DNA from: the human T2T-CHM13v2.0 reference genome, Homo sapiens
Assembly (NCBI RefSeq): GCF_009914755.1
Contig: NC_060944.1
Direction: 5' to 3' (one strand)
Length of the DNA stretch: 64,000 nucleotides
The notes under the pieces were generated by a model, which ran no database searches, was not told where the DNA came from, and was given only the letters and a program-made list of their open reading frames with translations. This document shows positions 1-12,671 of this stretch, in pieces. Position numbers and translations under genes: made by a program. Within the stretch, counting starts at the first letter, position 1. The number at the start of each line of letters is the position of its first letter.

Positions 1-297
1 AGGAGCTCTGGCCACTCCTGGAATTGCTGAGGCCAGGATGGTAAAGATACCACATCTTGTCATGTGGTATGCTCCTAGCCCAGGGCAGAAAGTGCTAATC
101 CATCAATGCACTCTGTTTTGGAAGATCTCGATGACAACACAGTGCTGGATACATAGAAGGTACTCAGAAAAGATCTGTTGATTGGACTTGAGGCTCTTTC
201 TTAATGCAGTGCCCCAGAAAGTCTCTATCACTCTACTGGGTGTAAATGGAATGGCATTAACTTATCCCACTCCCCTACCATCCACCCCAAGGACCTA

Positions 298-488
298 GAT
301 CTATTCTAATATAGTAGCTACAAGCTACACGTGCCTATTTAAAATAAACAAAAATAGATTAAAAATTAAAAATTCAGTTTCTCAATCACACTAGTCACAT
401 TTTAAGAACTCAGTAGTTACCACATCACACAGTACACATATAAAACATTTTCCTCATTGCAGAAAGGGCTATTGGATGGCACTATTCT
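298..488 (-). mobile_element. MER3-type hAT-Charlie MITE
   Basis: aattcagtttctcaatcacactagtcacattt...cattgcagaaag matches the MER3 reverse complement; ctaga target-like sequence on both flanks. Confidence 0.75.
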
Positions 489-516
489 AGATGAATTGAT
501 TGTTCCCATGCAGCAC

Positions 517-1371
517 ATTCATTCATTTATTTCAAAAATTAATATTTGAGCAACTATGATGTGCTATGCACTGTTTTAGGTGTGAGGGGGAGGGTCCACC
601 AACAGTCAAAATGAATGATATCTCTGCCCTCCTGGGGTTTATGCTCCAGAGAAGGAAATAGATAATAATAAAGAAAACCAGTAAATATACAGTGTGTGTT
701 TCAGTAGTAATGAATAATATTAAGAAAAATAAAGCAGAGTGAGGGGGTTGAAAGTAATGAGATGCCATCTTGGATAGGGTAGTCACAGAAGGACTCTCTG
801 AGGGGGTTCCGTTGGAGCAGAAGCCTGGCTGAGTGAGGGAAAAAGCAAGATCCCTTTCCTAGGAGGGGTGGTTTGGGCAGTGGGAGTGGCACATGCAGGA
901 TTCTGAGGCAGATCCAGGCTTAGTTTGTGAGGAAGAGCAGACGCTCAGCTATAGTGGAGTGTGTCCACTAAGGAAGATGGGCCGAGAAGCTGCCGGGGGA
1001 CAGATCATGAAGACCTTGGCAAAGACGTTGGCTTTTGCTCCGAGTGAGGTGGGAAGCACTGGGGGTTGCTAAGCAGACAGGAATGACACAGTCTGACTCT
1101 CTGGCTGCTGGAGGAGAGACTTTGGTGGCAAGAGTGGAAACAGGGATGCCAGCAGCTTATCACAGTTAATGTGGGCTGAGATTAGGGTGGTTATTGTAGA
1201 TGGGGTGAGAAATGGTGAAATCTAGGGCAGGATTTGAAGATGGAGCTGACAGGATTTGCTGATGGATTGGGTGAGATCTTGAAAGACAGGAATCAAAGAT
1301 GGCTATCAGGATTTTGGCCTAAGCAACAGGCCATTTAATGAGATGAGGAATCCAGGGGCAGGAACAGGGCT
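517..1371 (-). mobile_element. L2 LINE 3' part (resumes at about 2137-2540 after the LTR)
   Basis: cattcattcatttattt...tttgagcaactatg...tctctgccctcctgggg is the reversed L2 3' end. Confidence 0.75.
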
Positions 1372-2136
1372 TGTGGGGTGTGATAATCAGCTTCCAAATT
1401 GCTCTCAATGACCTGTGCCTCCTGACATTCATATTCCTATGTAGTCCCCTTCTACACTGTATTGGGATCAATCTGTGTGATCAAAGAAAAAGGCAGAGAT
1501 GATGGCAAGTTCCTTTGCTTTCTTACATCATTTATTTTGGCTTTCACCAGCTGCCATGTCATGAGGACACTCAAGAATCCTTTGGAAGGGTTGGGTGCAG
1601 TGGCTCATGCCTGTAATGCCAGAGCTTTGGGAGGCTAAAGCTGAAGGATCACTTGAGCCCAGGAGCTCAAGGCTGCAGTGAGCTATGATTGCACCACTGC
1701 ACTCCAGCCTGGATGACAGAGTGAAACCTTGTCTCAGAAATAATAAAAATAATAATAATAATAAAATAGAGAGGTCCATGCAGCAAGAAACTGAGGACTC
1801 CTGCTAAGAGCTAGCTAGAAATTGAGGCCTTCTGGCAAACAGCCATGTGAGCCATTCTGGAGGTGGATCCTCCAGGTCCAGTTGATCCTTCAGATGACTG
1901 TGTTCCTGTTTGAAACCTTGACTGCAACCTCATGAGAGATTCCAAGACAGAACCAATCAATCAGCTAAGCCCTCTCAATTTGTGACCTACAGAAACTGTG
2001 AAATAGTAAATGTTTGTTATTTAAAGTTTAGGGGAAATTAGTTGAACAGCACTATTTTTTGCTTCATGAGGCAGTTTGTTTTAAGCCATGAAGTTTTGGG
2101 ATAATTTGTTATGCAGCAATATTGATAGCTAATACA
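1372..2136 (+). mobile_element. MLT1F-like MaLR solo LTR inserted in L2 and interrupted by an Alu monomer
   Basis: TG...CA ends; ccttcagatgactg and ttgttatgcagcaat...gctaataca terminus. Confidence 0.7.
1589..1767 (+). mobile_element. Alu monomer (FRAM/AluJ-like; left-arm-type start, right-arm end)
   Basis: gggtgcagtggctcatgcctgtaat...gctgcagtgagctatgattgcaccactgcactccagcc followed by an (AAT)n tail. Confidence 0.85.
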
Positions 2137-2895
2137 TGGTGGAAAATTAAGAGTTCTTTTAGCCATGTAAAGTTTGGGAGAGTGATTAGACATCCATGTG
2201 GAGGTGTCACTTAGGAGACTTAGGCATGCCCCAAGTCCAGGGAAGAGTTAAAGCTAAAGACATGAATCTGAGAGTCATCGGTGCTTAGTTCATATTAAAA
2301 GCCATGATACTGAATGTGTAAGAGATGGTCTGAGGACCCCAACGTCTAGATACCAGAAAGAGCAGAGGGATCTTGCAAAAGGGAGCAGAGAAGGAGTGAC
2401 AAGTGCTGTAGAAAGGAAACTAAGGAAGCAAGGTGTCCTGGAGCCAAGGGAGGAAAGTATTTCAAGAAGGAAGGGCTAATGAATCCTGTCAAATGCCACT
2501 GAGAAGTGGGATGGGGCATGTTGCTCATTGGATCTGGTGACATGGTAGAGGCAAGCAGGTGTTTCAAGCTCCTGCCCCACCACGATGCATAAGAAGGTAG
2601 TCATTCTATCACATCATGGAGCAATAACTGCACACAGTGGGCTCTTTAAAATTGCTACCATAGCACCATTCTCAGTCCCCCAACACTGCCCATTGGTTCT
2701 ACAATGACAGTGCCTGGCCTGCTGAACATTCAGCAATGCAGCCCTTCCAGCTTCAAAAACACTACACTTTACTAGGTGAATTCACCACTCAGACAGCCTT
2801 GGCATCAACCAGCAGGAACCAGGGTAGCTGCTAAGCTGCCCTCCTGCCCTGGTTGCAGAGAGAACACATGCTTTTGACGGGCATAGGAATGAATT

Positions 2896-3140
2896 CTGAC
2901 TGATAATTTTAGTCAAGTCAACCTCTCTGAGTCTTAGTTTCCTTCTGACTCTGATAATTTTAGTCAAATCAGCCTCTGTGAGTCTGTTTCCTTATCCGTA
3001 AAATGGAACAATAATAATACTTACTTCCTTTGGTCACTGAACTCTAAAGGATCAAATACATATCAAAGTATTCAAACAATGACTGGCCAGTAAGTTCTAC
3101 TTGGTGTTATTATTATATAAAATGCTTAGCACAGTAATGA
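2896..3140 (+). mobile_element. MIR with an internal ~49-bp duplication
   Basis: acctctctgagtcttagtttcc core present twice, then gtaaaatggaacaataataatac. Confidence 0.65.
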
Positions 3141-3384
3141 GAATGCAAAATAAAATAAATAGTAACTGCAATATTATCAAACTAGCTAGCATTTATTGAA
3201 GACATACAATGCCCCTGTGGTATATATATTCCTATATATTAATACTCAAAGCAATAAGACAAGATGTAGTTAACATTAATATATTGAACAATGTATAGTT
3301 AAAATATTCAAAACCAAGCTGATTCTTTTCAAAGCCTCTGTATTTGTGCTACACAAGGAAAACGTGTGTGTGTGAGTGTGTGTG

Positions 3385-3468
3385 TACGATGGAATGGGGA
3401 GAGAGAAGTGTCAGTGTAAGTTAAACTACGATGGAATGGGGAGAGAGAAGTGTCAGTGTAAGTTAAAC
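3385..3468. repeat. Perfect 42-bp tandem duplication
   Basis: tacgatggaatggggagagagaagtgtcagtgtaagttaaac at 3385-3426 and 3427-3468. Confidence 0.97.
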
Positions 3469-4499
3469 AACTGGATTCTTCCTTCAATAAGCTCCAGATT
3501 AGTCAAGTCTAGGCTAGTCAGCAAGGCCAGGGTGTGAAGGGAAATAGTGTTTTGGCTTTTATTTCTGAAAGTGTGTCCTGGGAGCCATCACTTGCCATTA
3601 TCACCCTGTGTCTTCCTTGGAGGACTGGCTCCTGTACTTTCAACGAAATTGAATTCATTCCCCACAAGCATGTATAACTGATCTCTGAAGATATATTAAA
3701 AATGGGAAAGCTGCATCCTGCAGGAATCACAAACACCGCTTTGCACTAATTTAGGCCACTTTTCTTCCTTATCACCTGTCAGCAGCATTATCAGAATCCA
3801 CCCTTAACAGCTGGCATATGACATAAAGAAGAAGCCTGCCTGCACCAAGGGGACAATTTCCAGGCAAAGATGGAATGCAGAGCTCTTTGCTGAAAGCTAA
3901 CCATCTTCAAAATAGGCCATGAGACAAAAAGGTGCTGTTGTCTTTCACGGCTGCTGGTAAGAGGTACAGACTCTTAAGCAATGGTTGAGGAACAACTAGT
4001 ATCACAAGAGACAATGTTTTGAATGAAACTCAAGGCATACTCATCAGAGAATGAACTGTTCACTTCAAGTGAGGGGACATGTAGTCTTCCCTCAGAGGAC
4101 AAATAGCTGACTCTGTGAAGGAGAAATGCATGGGTGACCCCATTTGGGGCCACCAAGGTGCTGAACCATTGCCTTCTGTTGGATCTTAACCCACATGCGG
4201 GGTTCCATGATGGTGCGTATCACCAGCCCACACACTTTCAACAGGTCTTGTTCTTTTTATTCTGGGAATCAAGCAGGGGGCAACTGAATCCCATTTTGTG
4301 GTTGATAAAATAGAGGCACAAGGAGACGAAACTGCCCCCAAGCAATGCAGGGCAAATAGCTCCATACTTCCAAGGGGACGACATAACCTAGTTCTTCTGC
4401 CGGGGTCAGTCCTTCACTCCCAGTGGGAGGGCGCCCAGCACACTGGCCCACAGGCCGGCTCCCTTGCCTGCCTTGGCATTTCCAACATTCATTGATTTA

Positions 4500-4750
4500 T
4501 AAGAATAATGATGTTTGATACTTATTGAGTGCTTTCTACATGCCAGGGACTGTTCTAAGCACACTGTGTATATTCTTGCACGTAAACCTCAAGCTGGACA
4601 ATTAAATAAGCTCTGTAATTCCTCCATTTTATAGATAAGAAGACTGAGGCACAGTGGGTTTAAGTAGGTCATGCAAAGATCCCAAAGCTAAAAGAAGGGA
4701 GAAATGGGATTCAAATCCAGACAGAGTCGCTTCAGTACTTGGGTCCTTGA
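4500..4750 (-). mobile_element. MIR
   Basis: ttattgagtgctt...ccattttatagataagaagactgaggcacag. Confidence 0.8.
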
Positions 4751-7700
4751 AAAATTCACAGAGATAGGCATGAATGATGGGGGGGGGGGATGTGGTCTTA
4801 ACAGGGGCGGGCAGAGTGGGCAATGATGATAACCACAGAGATAAAGCCTGGTCAGGGTGTTTCACTGGGGGCCCAGATGTTTGGGCAGCCTGGGGCAAAA
4901 TGCAAGAATTGGACCAGAACATGATGGATGATAATGTCTAGGAGAGGGGGTGAAAGACAAATTAAGGGTTTTTTTTTTTTTTTTGGCTTGTTTGTTTTGA
5001 GCAGTTTTGGCTTAGAGAAATGAGCTAAAAAAAAGAGTAGTCATCACAGCAAAACGAGTTGATTATCTATGTACATCATTCATCATTTTCCTTTTTGTTT
5101 TGGTCAAAGCAGAACTCTGCATTGTTACAACATCACTCAGGCTTTCTTCTGTAAGTTCTTTCAAGGAAGAAAGTGCAAACTTTCTTCTGCGATGAGACCT
5201 CCTCACATAGCTCTTGGACTTTCATAGTCATGTAAGTGTTCCATTCTAAGTTGTCTTTCTCATGATAGCCTATATTTGGAAGGCAGAAAACATAAATGAT
5301 GAATTTGTCCATTCCTACTGTTTTACACACACATGTTCATGCATGTGAGAAAGATGTGCAAAGCAGTCCAGCTTAAACTGTGCAATCTTTTCTATGACCT
5401 GATTTACAAATACATTCTAGAAAAAAAATGAGTAGGCTTGAAGTTCATAAAAGCAGACCTATCTTTGGTATTGTGAAAGGGATTTGGGATCTGATTATTT
5501 AGTGAAAACACAATGCAGTGGAATGGGACTAGTGACAGGAATGATATTTAATAAGCAAATCCAGCATATCTCTCATCACCCATGATCCAAACCATTTCCA
5601 AAAGATTTATGTACATAGTTTACCCTTGCAGACCTTACAGCAAGGGCACGGAGTGCAGAGCAAGGGTGGGAAACTGCAATGTAAGAGAAAAAACAACAAA
5701 GGCATTCTTCCCATCCCTCCAAAGAGAACAGTGCTGTGATTTTGTGAACGAGTAACTCCTTACAAAGGAGACCATGGTCTGCAAAGTTTTCAGGGGGATT
5801 TCCATATGGCATGATGTCATGAGAGAAGACCAGGTCAATTGTCTTGCAAATTATCACCCAGGCTGCTAAACTGCTTAGCTGCAGGGTTACCAGGTCATTA
5901 ATTGTCATTGAAAATTGGATACATTTTAAGAAGGAATTCTCTCTACAGGAATCTTTAGAAATATTGACAAAATGAACAAGCAGTCATGATTGTGATTTCC
6001 TCTTTTTTTTTTTTGAAATGGCTAATAACATACACTTGTTTTTTAGCTTCCTGACACTTTTTTGTATACCATATAAATTAATTCTTTAAAAAATGTGCTT
6101 TGTCATGTCTCTATTCAAACATGATCAAAAAAGAAAAAGAGCAAAAAAGAATATATTATATAAGGGAATAAATAATCCCCAGTTAACAACTCAGCCGGAC
6201 TACCTTTCTACAATGAGCTCAACATCTCTAAAGATAGGGTCAGACACAGGCTTGTGATGTATCAAAATTATAAATAATTATAGCTATGAATTCACTTAAT
6301 CAATCAATTTCACCAGAGCTACGCTGGGGTGGACGGGGCATAAAACTCCACACAGCTATCAATTGCTCCGATTACAGCTGGTTGTCAGCCAGAATTCCCC
6401 TGATCCATGTTAGTTAAATGCACATTAATCTGAATTTGGCAGTGTAATCAAGGACCTAACTGAACTGTGAAATTGAATTCTGCAGTAGAACATAATTTGA
6501 CCATTTTATGCCAAGTCTTGGGGGGAAGAAAGCTTGGTTAGGGGAGGGTGAGAGAAAGAAGAGAAGGAAAAAACAGTACTGCAGGAGCATCTATTTGGCA
6601 CTGTGGCCTTCTGTTCTGAGGGCAGGGGGGCCGTGGCTGGAGCGTGCTCGACTGGGGTGTGTGGACACAGCCACAGTGTGGGTCTGTACCCACAGAATGA
6701 GGACTCGGAATGTTCCGTGAAGGATGGCGAGTTACAGGGAGTGGGCGGCAGCTGGTTCCAGTGCCTGAATGTGATGCTCCAATACACCTTTTCAGAGCAC
6801 AATAAAACAAAGACTGCTCATCTCGAAAATGAAAACGCCAGGCTGGGTGCTGCTTACTCTCCATAAATCAAATGCAAGATAAAAGTGAATCACAGTACCT
6901 CTATTATCTGAGCATGGAAAGGACATCTTAAATTGTCCTCACTTGACTCAAAGGAAAATTTAACAGGACCAGGCTTGGCTTTGGGAAGGGAAAACGACTG
7001 CTTGTAAGAATTCTGGAGAGAATCATTAACTTGCATTCTCTGTAGGGACAGGATAGAGACTGGCAATTAGGGGAATGGGACTCATTGAACCCTATAACTC
7101 GTCTGTCTCTCTGGTTGTGCCCTGCAAATGCACACTGAGAGTTGGACAAGTGGCTCATGACCCTACAAACTAGCAAAGCCTAGCTATATGAAGCAATGAA
7201 TAAATCTGAGATGTGCAGGGTCAGGCATACGGGTATTCCAGGCTCTTCCTCCACCTCTGAATTGGCATATCCAATTAACCCCCCACAGTTGCTGCTTCAA
7301 ACTCAAAGAATGTGTCTTCTATTCAAGAGCAGTGAGACAGAGCAGATTGGTCTGACCTGCGATCCGTCATCGCCTGCAGTGATGTGGAGGGACTCTTCGT
7401 CTTTGGGGACTGGTTTGCAGCCTCAGAATATTGTTCAAATATGTCAGGGCCTCTGAGAGAGCTAGGAACGGACAATGCCAGGTTAAATTCATTTTGTTTT
7501 TAATTTGGTAATGGGAAAACCCATTCATAATGACCAAAATACAATTTATTTTGAATCACAAGAGCATTCATGGGAAGAAGTGTCCATTCATATGCAAAGG
7601 ACACCTAAAGTCTCCATCAGAAGGGACAGACGTTAGAGATAGTGCACTCAGTCAGTCCTTGGATGTTTTATGAGCCTTAATGAAGACCCTGTAGGTAAAG

Positions 7701-8094
7701 AAAACAAATCTAAATATATCCATTGTTATATTAAGTGATCAAGTGCTTCTCTCTTTCCCCCTCAGATTTTTAGTGCAGCCCATCAGTTTTCACTAGCACT
7801 GTCATTCCATAACCCATTAAACCCTGAATGGATCTCTGAACCGAGTTCTGCAGGGATCCTCAGTAGAAAAGAAGTTGCTGTTCTGTTGTTGGAGCCATGG
7901 TTGAATCTGGGCATGACAAGTACCACAAAGAACAGTGAATCAGTAAATTATTGATGCGGGAAGACTGGGCCCACTGGTTCAAGTGCTTTTTCCTTCCAGG
8001 GAAAGCAAAGTGATAGCTAAGCAGTGAAAACACATTGAACTGTTGACCCCAGAAGGAAGTGCCGGGAAATCACACCATCCTTTTCTTCCCATCC

Positions 8095-8255
8095 TTTTTG
8101 TTTTGTTTTGTTTTTTTAGACAGGGTCTCACTCTGTTGCCTAGGCTGGAGTGTAGTAGTGTAATTATAACTCACTGCAACCTTGAACTCCTGGGCTCAAA
8201 GGATTGTCTTGGCCTCCCCAGTAGCTAGGGCTACAGTTGTGTGCCACCATGCCCA
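8095..8255 (-). mobile_element. FRAM / AluJ right-arm monomer
   Basis: T-rich tail then agacagggtctcactctgttgcctaggctggag...gccaccatgcccag. Confidence 0.85.
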
Positions 8256-8739
8256 GTTCAAAGTAGGTACTGAAACACTTTAGAGATGATGAAACTGATG
8301 CACAGAGAAGATCATACAGCTACTAAGCGCTTGAATCCAGGGAATCTGATTATAGAACTTGCATTTTTCTGTAATGGGTGAGAAAATCTGGATTATCTTT
8401 TAAAAAATCAAACAAGACTACCACTTAAGGTCAAATAAATGCATATGAGCACCTTAGGGATTTCTGCACCTAACACTTCCTTTACAGCCCATAGTTCCAG
8501 CTTTTACCCACGGTTTACACTCTGGGTGACATTAAGGAACTTCTCAAGGATTCCATCCTACATGATGGAAGAACAGGAAGAATAAACAGCATTCCATGGG
8601 CACAGCAAATCCACCTGTCAGTCACCACCCATTCTTCACCAGCAAGGTGAGGCTACCTCTAGGATTTGTGTCTGGGCCTGGAGACTTCATGTCCACCTTT
8701 CTGCCCCTGGATTTTCTTCTACGGAAATGAGAATATTCT

Positions 8740-8952
8740 GGAACACATAGACTTTGGAGTCAGTGGGACCTAGTTTGGAATCCTGACTCAGTTATTTGCC
8801 TTTATAAACTTGGGGAAGTCCATAAAGATTTGGAGTCTCAGCTTCCTCAACTGTAGAGCAGAGGTGATCCTGAATTCTTCTGGAATTGCAAAGATTAAGT
8901 TGAGTCATGTTTGCAAAATGCTTAGCACAGTGCTTGGAACACAGTAACCCTC
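8740..8952 (+). mobile_element. MIR
   Basis: agactttggagtcag...tctcagcttcctcaactgta...gcttagcacagtgcttggaacacagtaa. Confidence 0.75.
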
Positions 8953-9241
8953 ACCTCACTGCCACCATTCATCTACATGCTCCACATGTAGACTGATGTG
9001 TAGATTACTCATATTAGTAATTAAGCTGCTGTAATTTATTAACTTACTTAACCCTCATACTATATAATGAGACACGGGCTGTCTTTATCCTTATTTTGTA
9101 CATAAAGAAGTGGAGGCACAGTTAAGCAACTTGTTCACCCAGTTAATAAGTGGCAATGTCAAGACTCAAACCCAGGCAGTTTATCTCCAAAATCTATATC
9201 TTTAACTGCCAAAACGTGCTTGATAAATGATAGCTATTGAA

Positions 9242-9462
9242 CAGTTGTCCTTAACTGGGCCAAGTTTGCCCTCTTCTGCCTGCAGGACATTTGGCAGTGT
9301 CTGGGTATATTTTGGTTGTTAGGAGTGAGGGAGGGATGCTATGGACGTCTAGAGGGGAACGGCCATGGATGCTGCTAAACACCCTATGATGCACAGGACA
9401 GCCTCCCACAATGAAGAATTACTAGGTCCAAAATGTTCATAGTGTCAAGGTGGTGGACCCTG
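9242..9462 (+). mobile_element. MER20 hAT-Charlie MITE
   Basis: ggacatttggcagtgtctgg...gatgctgctaaacaccctatgatgcacaggacagcc matches the MER20 consensus. Confidence 0.85.
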
Positions 9463-10286
9463 CTACAGAGTGAAAGGGGATGATGCAACCTAGTTGTGAA
9501 ATTAATTGCTAATTAACTGCTAATGCAACTTCATTGCTTCAGGTATTAAAAGGAGCTTATAATCAGGCAGGTTGCAGGCTTTGCACCCACAGAAGCTGCC
9601 CCTGTGCTACTGGAAATGCATGCAATGTCTGGTAAAAGGCTTAAGCCCAAAGAGTTGGATCCCAGCTCTGCTGTGAGCATACTAAGCCTCTTAAAACCCA
9701 TTTCCTCATCTGTACAAAGGGGTCAAGAATTCTTGCCTTACAGATCTGTGAGGCTCAACAAAACATGGCATGTATCTGGTACACAGCAAATGCTTAATGA
9801 ACTGGTGGGATTGTTATGCTGGGGGCTTCTCAGTAGGGAACGGATGTGCTGGGCCAATACAAAGACACAAGTAGGTGGCTGCCTGGTCTCTGGAGAGCAC
9901 AGGAATCAGCAAAGTCAAATACATGGCGGCAATTTCTCCAGCTAGCTTCCTTCCGTGGAAGGCAGATTTGTCTGCAGGCGAGGGTGGAAAGCATTCTCTC
10001 TCCACATCTGGCAGTTTTCATAATTTTGTGGTGGGTATGGTGCTATATGGTTTTTGTTTGGCTTTGCTTCCCACCCTCCCAACCCCAGGGTTTCATCTGC
10101 TTAGTTCCAGCAAAATACACTTAAATGTAGGGAGAGGAGGCCAACATCAACAAACTCATAACATTCTTGATTCCTGTCCTGCTAGCAGGGAAATTAAGTA
10201 GGTAGATAACATTGAAGGATTTTTTTTTTCTGTGGGTTAACATTAATCTTTTTTTTTCTTTAGGACAAAATGTAAAACTGTGTCAA

Positions 10287-10328
10287 ACACACACACGTGT
10301 GTACACACACACATGTGTACACACACAT
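10287..10328. repeat. Interrupted (CA)n/(TG)n alternating purine-pyrimidine tract
   Basis: acacacacacgtgtgtacacacacacatgtgtacacacacat. Confidence 0.9.
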
Positions 10329-12332
10329 GACCCTCCTCATTTCTGCTTCATCTGGAGACCTACACAAGTTTTGTGCTTCCTTTTATTACTGGAGATGAAA
10401 ACATGACCCAGCCTCCTTTAGGAGTCTCTGCAAGCAAGGCCGACTCATCTGAGTCGTGACCGCTATTTCTTCCCTCAGCTGGAAATCCAAATGTGATTGG
10501 TACACTCTAAGAGTACCGTTCTAAAGACACAGGCACCTCCGTCTTTTCAGAGAAATGTTGTATTTTTAATCAAGTGAACGTTTTAATTACTAACCTGCCT
10601 CCCACCTCTTATCCTCCCACAAAACAAAAACCTGCTCATGAATCTCTCACGAGTTTCCTGTGAAACATGGAGCAGCAGCTTGCTTCTTTGTATTTCTGAT
10701 CGTAAGGGCTGAACACCCTTGGTAGAAGTTCCCATGAGTGATTATGCTGTTTTTGTTGTTGTTGTTGGTGGTGGTGAGCCACAATAGTTTGTGCATTGTT
10801 TCTGGGCTGGCAGAGCCAGATTTCAGGGCAGGTCTGCTTTGTCTTATATTTGGAAGTCTGCAGAATAGAGGGAGCCTGTAGGGAATTAAAGTGAATCACC
10901 CCTCCCACCCTCGTTCTTCTGTCACTTAGACGAAAGTTCTGGTGGCCACTGGGACTTCTCATGGATTTTCTTGGCAAATGCAGTTGAGTCCCCGAGATAA
11001 CATACGCCCAAATAATAGGAAAATATTGAGCAGGGAGAAACACCAGACTTGAGTTCTTGTCCTTGTTTTGCAACCAACTAATTATGAAACTGTAAGTGTG
11101 TCATGTGGCTCTCTGGGCCTCAGTTTCCCCTTCTAGGAAATGAGTGTGCAGGGATTGCTGGTGGTGACATTAAATCCCAAAAGCCCATGCTATGTGAAAA
11201 TGTGGACTCAGGGATACCAGTTCATCCTTTTTAAAAAAATAAAAATAAAAAAGAGAGAAGACTGAAACTCCAGAATTAAGAGTTCTAAAACTCTTGACCT
11301 CTAAAACTATTTGGACTATAGACATGTGTAGCCCACCCAATATTCATTTCCAACATCCAGGAAGAGCCAAATAAGGCTCCAGGACCAAAATGCAGCATCA
11401 TCTGGGCAATGTTTTCTCTGTAACTATGACCCCAAACAACTCCCTAACACAAATATGCAAATAAGCCACACGCACACAAAATCTTAGATAAAAAAATAAC
11501 CACTGATATTCAAAGCCTCAGGATGTAACTCAATTCAGCTATAGAACATGTTAACTTATTTATTTCATATCACTCACAGAAATGCACAAGTGATATGCAC
11601 AAGAAATGGAATAAACTATCTCATGTATCATGAGACATGCGTATGAGTTCAAGTAGATTTTGCTTGTGGTTAATTAGACCTCTTTCCAACAGTCACCCTG
11701 GCAAGCACACAGGAAGAGAAAGCAGTCATGATATCCTGAGTGTGGGTGTTCAAGTACATTAATACCACGAGATAAAAAAAAAACACTGTCACTATGTGAA
11801 TTTTAACTGGAGGAACATATCTCAGGCCTCTATTTATCAAGATTTGTTTTTAATTTTATATCCTGGGAACTAAGGTGACAGCTTTTTTGTTTCTTCTAAA
11901 GAATGGCTGAAGTAACTCCAACAATACACTTAAATGGCTTCTCTTCAACATCTTGGATGAGGTTAATGAGAAATAAGAAGCAAAGGAAAAATATCGACTA
12001 TCTATAATCAATAAATCAGGTGAATGCAGGCAGGCTTGGGTTCCAGAGTTTTCTGTGCTGCTCACCAAACTGTCAAGAGTTTGGTATAAATAAAGTACAT
12101 GACTGCCCTGTGAGAAGTCATGTCCCTCTCACCTGCTTCAAGACCTCTATGTAATCCACATTCCACACCCTACGGTCCATGTTCTTTTGCTGGACAGGTA
12201 AGGTAGCAAAAACATTTCTAAATGACAGGGAAAAATAAATCACTTGCACATTCTCAAAGGTATTTTCCAAGACTTTAGACCTTCGGACCCATAGACCTTT
12301 GCCTGTGCTTTTAGTTTCAGTAACTTCTCCGG

Positions 12333-12671
12333 CAGTGATTCCCAAACTTTAGGATATCATAGACCAGTCAAATTTCAAAGCAAACTTGGAGCTGCTAACA
12401 TTTAAACAAAATTTAAAAGAGGAATTACTACAAAACAAAGTGAAAAGGGGACAAAAATGGTCCAGCGGTCCAGCAACCATCTGTCACCCCCAAATTTCAT
12501 ATAAAAACCAATATTTCAAATCAAATATAGTAGAAAGTACATACTCTTAATATGAAGGGCCATCCCCTGAGTTGAACAAAATTGGCTTTATTTAAAAATT
12601 ACCATGTTATACTGAGTTTCTTTCCTTTTTAGCAGGTCTATGCAAACTTTGCCAGGATGTAGGAACCACTG
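12333..12671. mobile_element. Degraded hAT-Charlie-type MITE
   Basis: Terminal inverted repeats CAGTGATTCC...GGAACCACTG (9/10 match); family not identified. Confidence 0.55.

Noticed and set aside
6600-6760. CpG island or internal promoter
   Set aside because: The GC/CpG-enriched patch is under 200 bp with only a few CpGs. I see no CpG island anywhere in the window.
10442-10457. Inverted repeat cgactca-tc-tgagtcg
   Set aside because: A 7-bp stem is expected by chance in 64 kb.
10636-11073. 145-aa minus-strand ORF with an HHHQQQQQ tract
   Set aside because: The tract comes from a (TTG/TGG)n simple repeat; non-ATG start and no recognisable domain.
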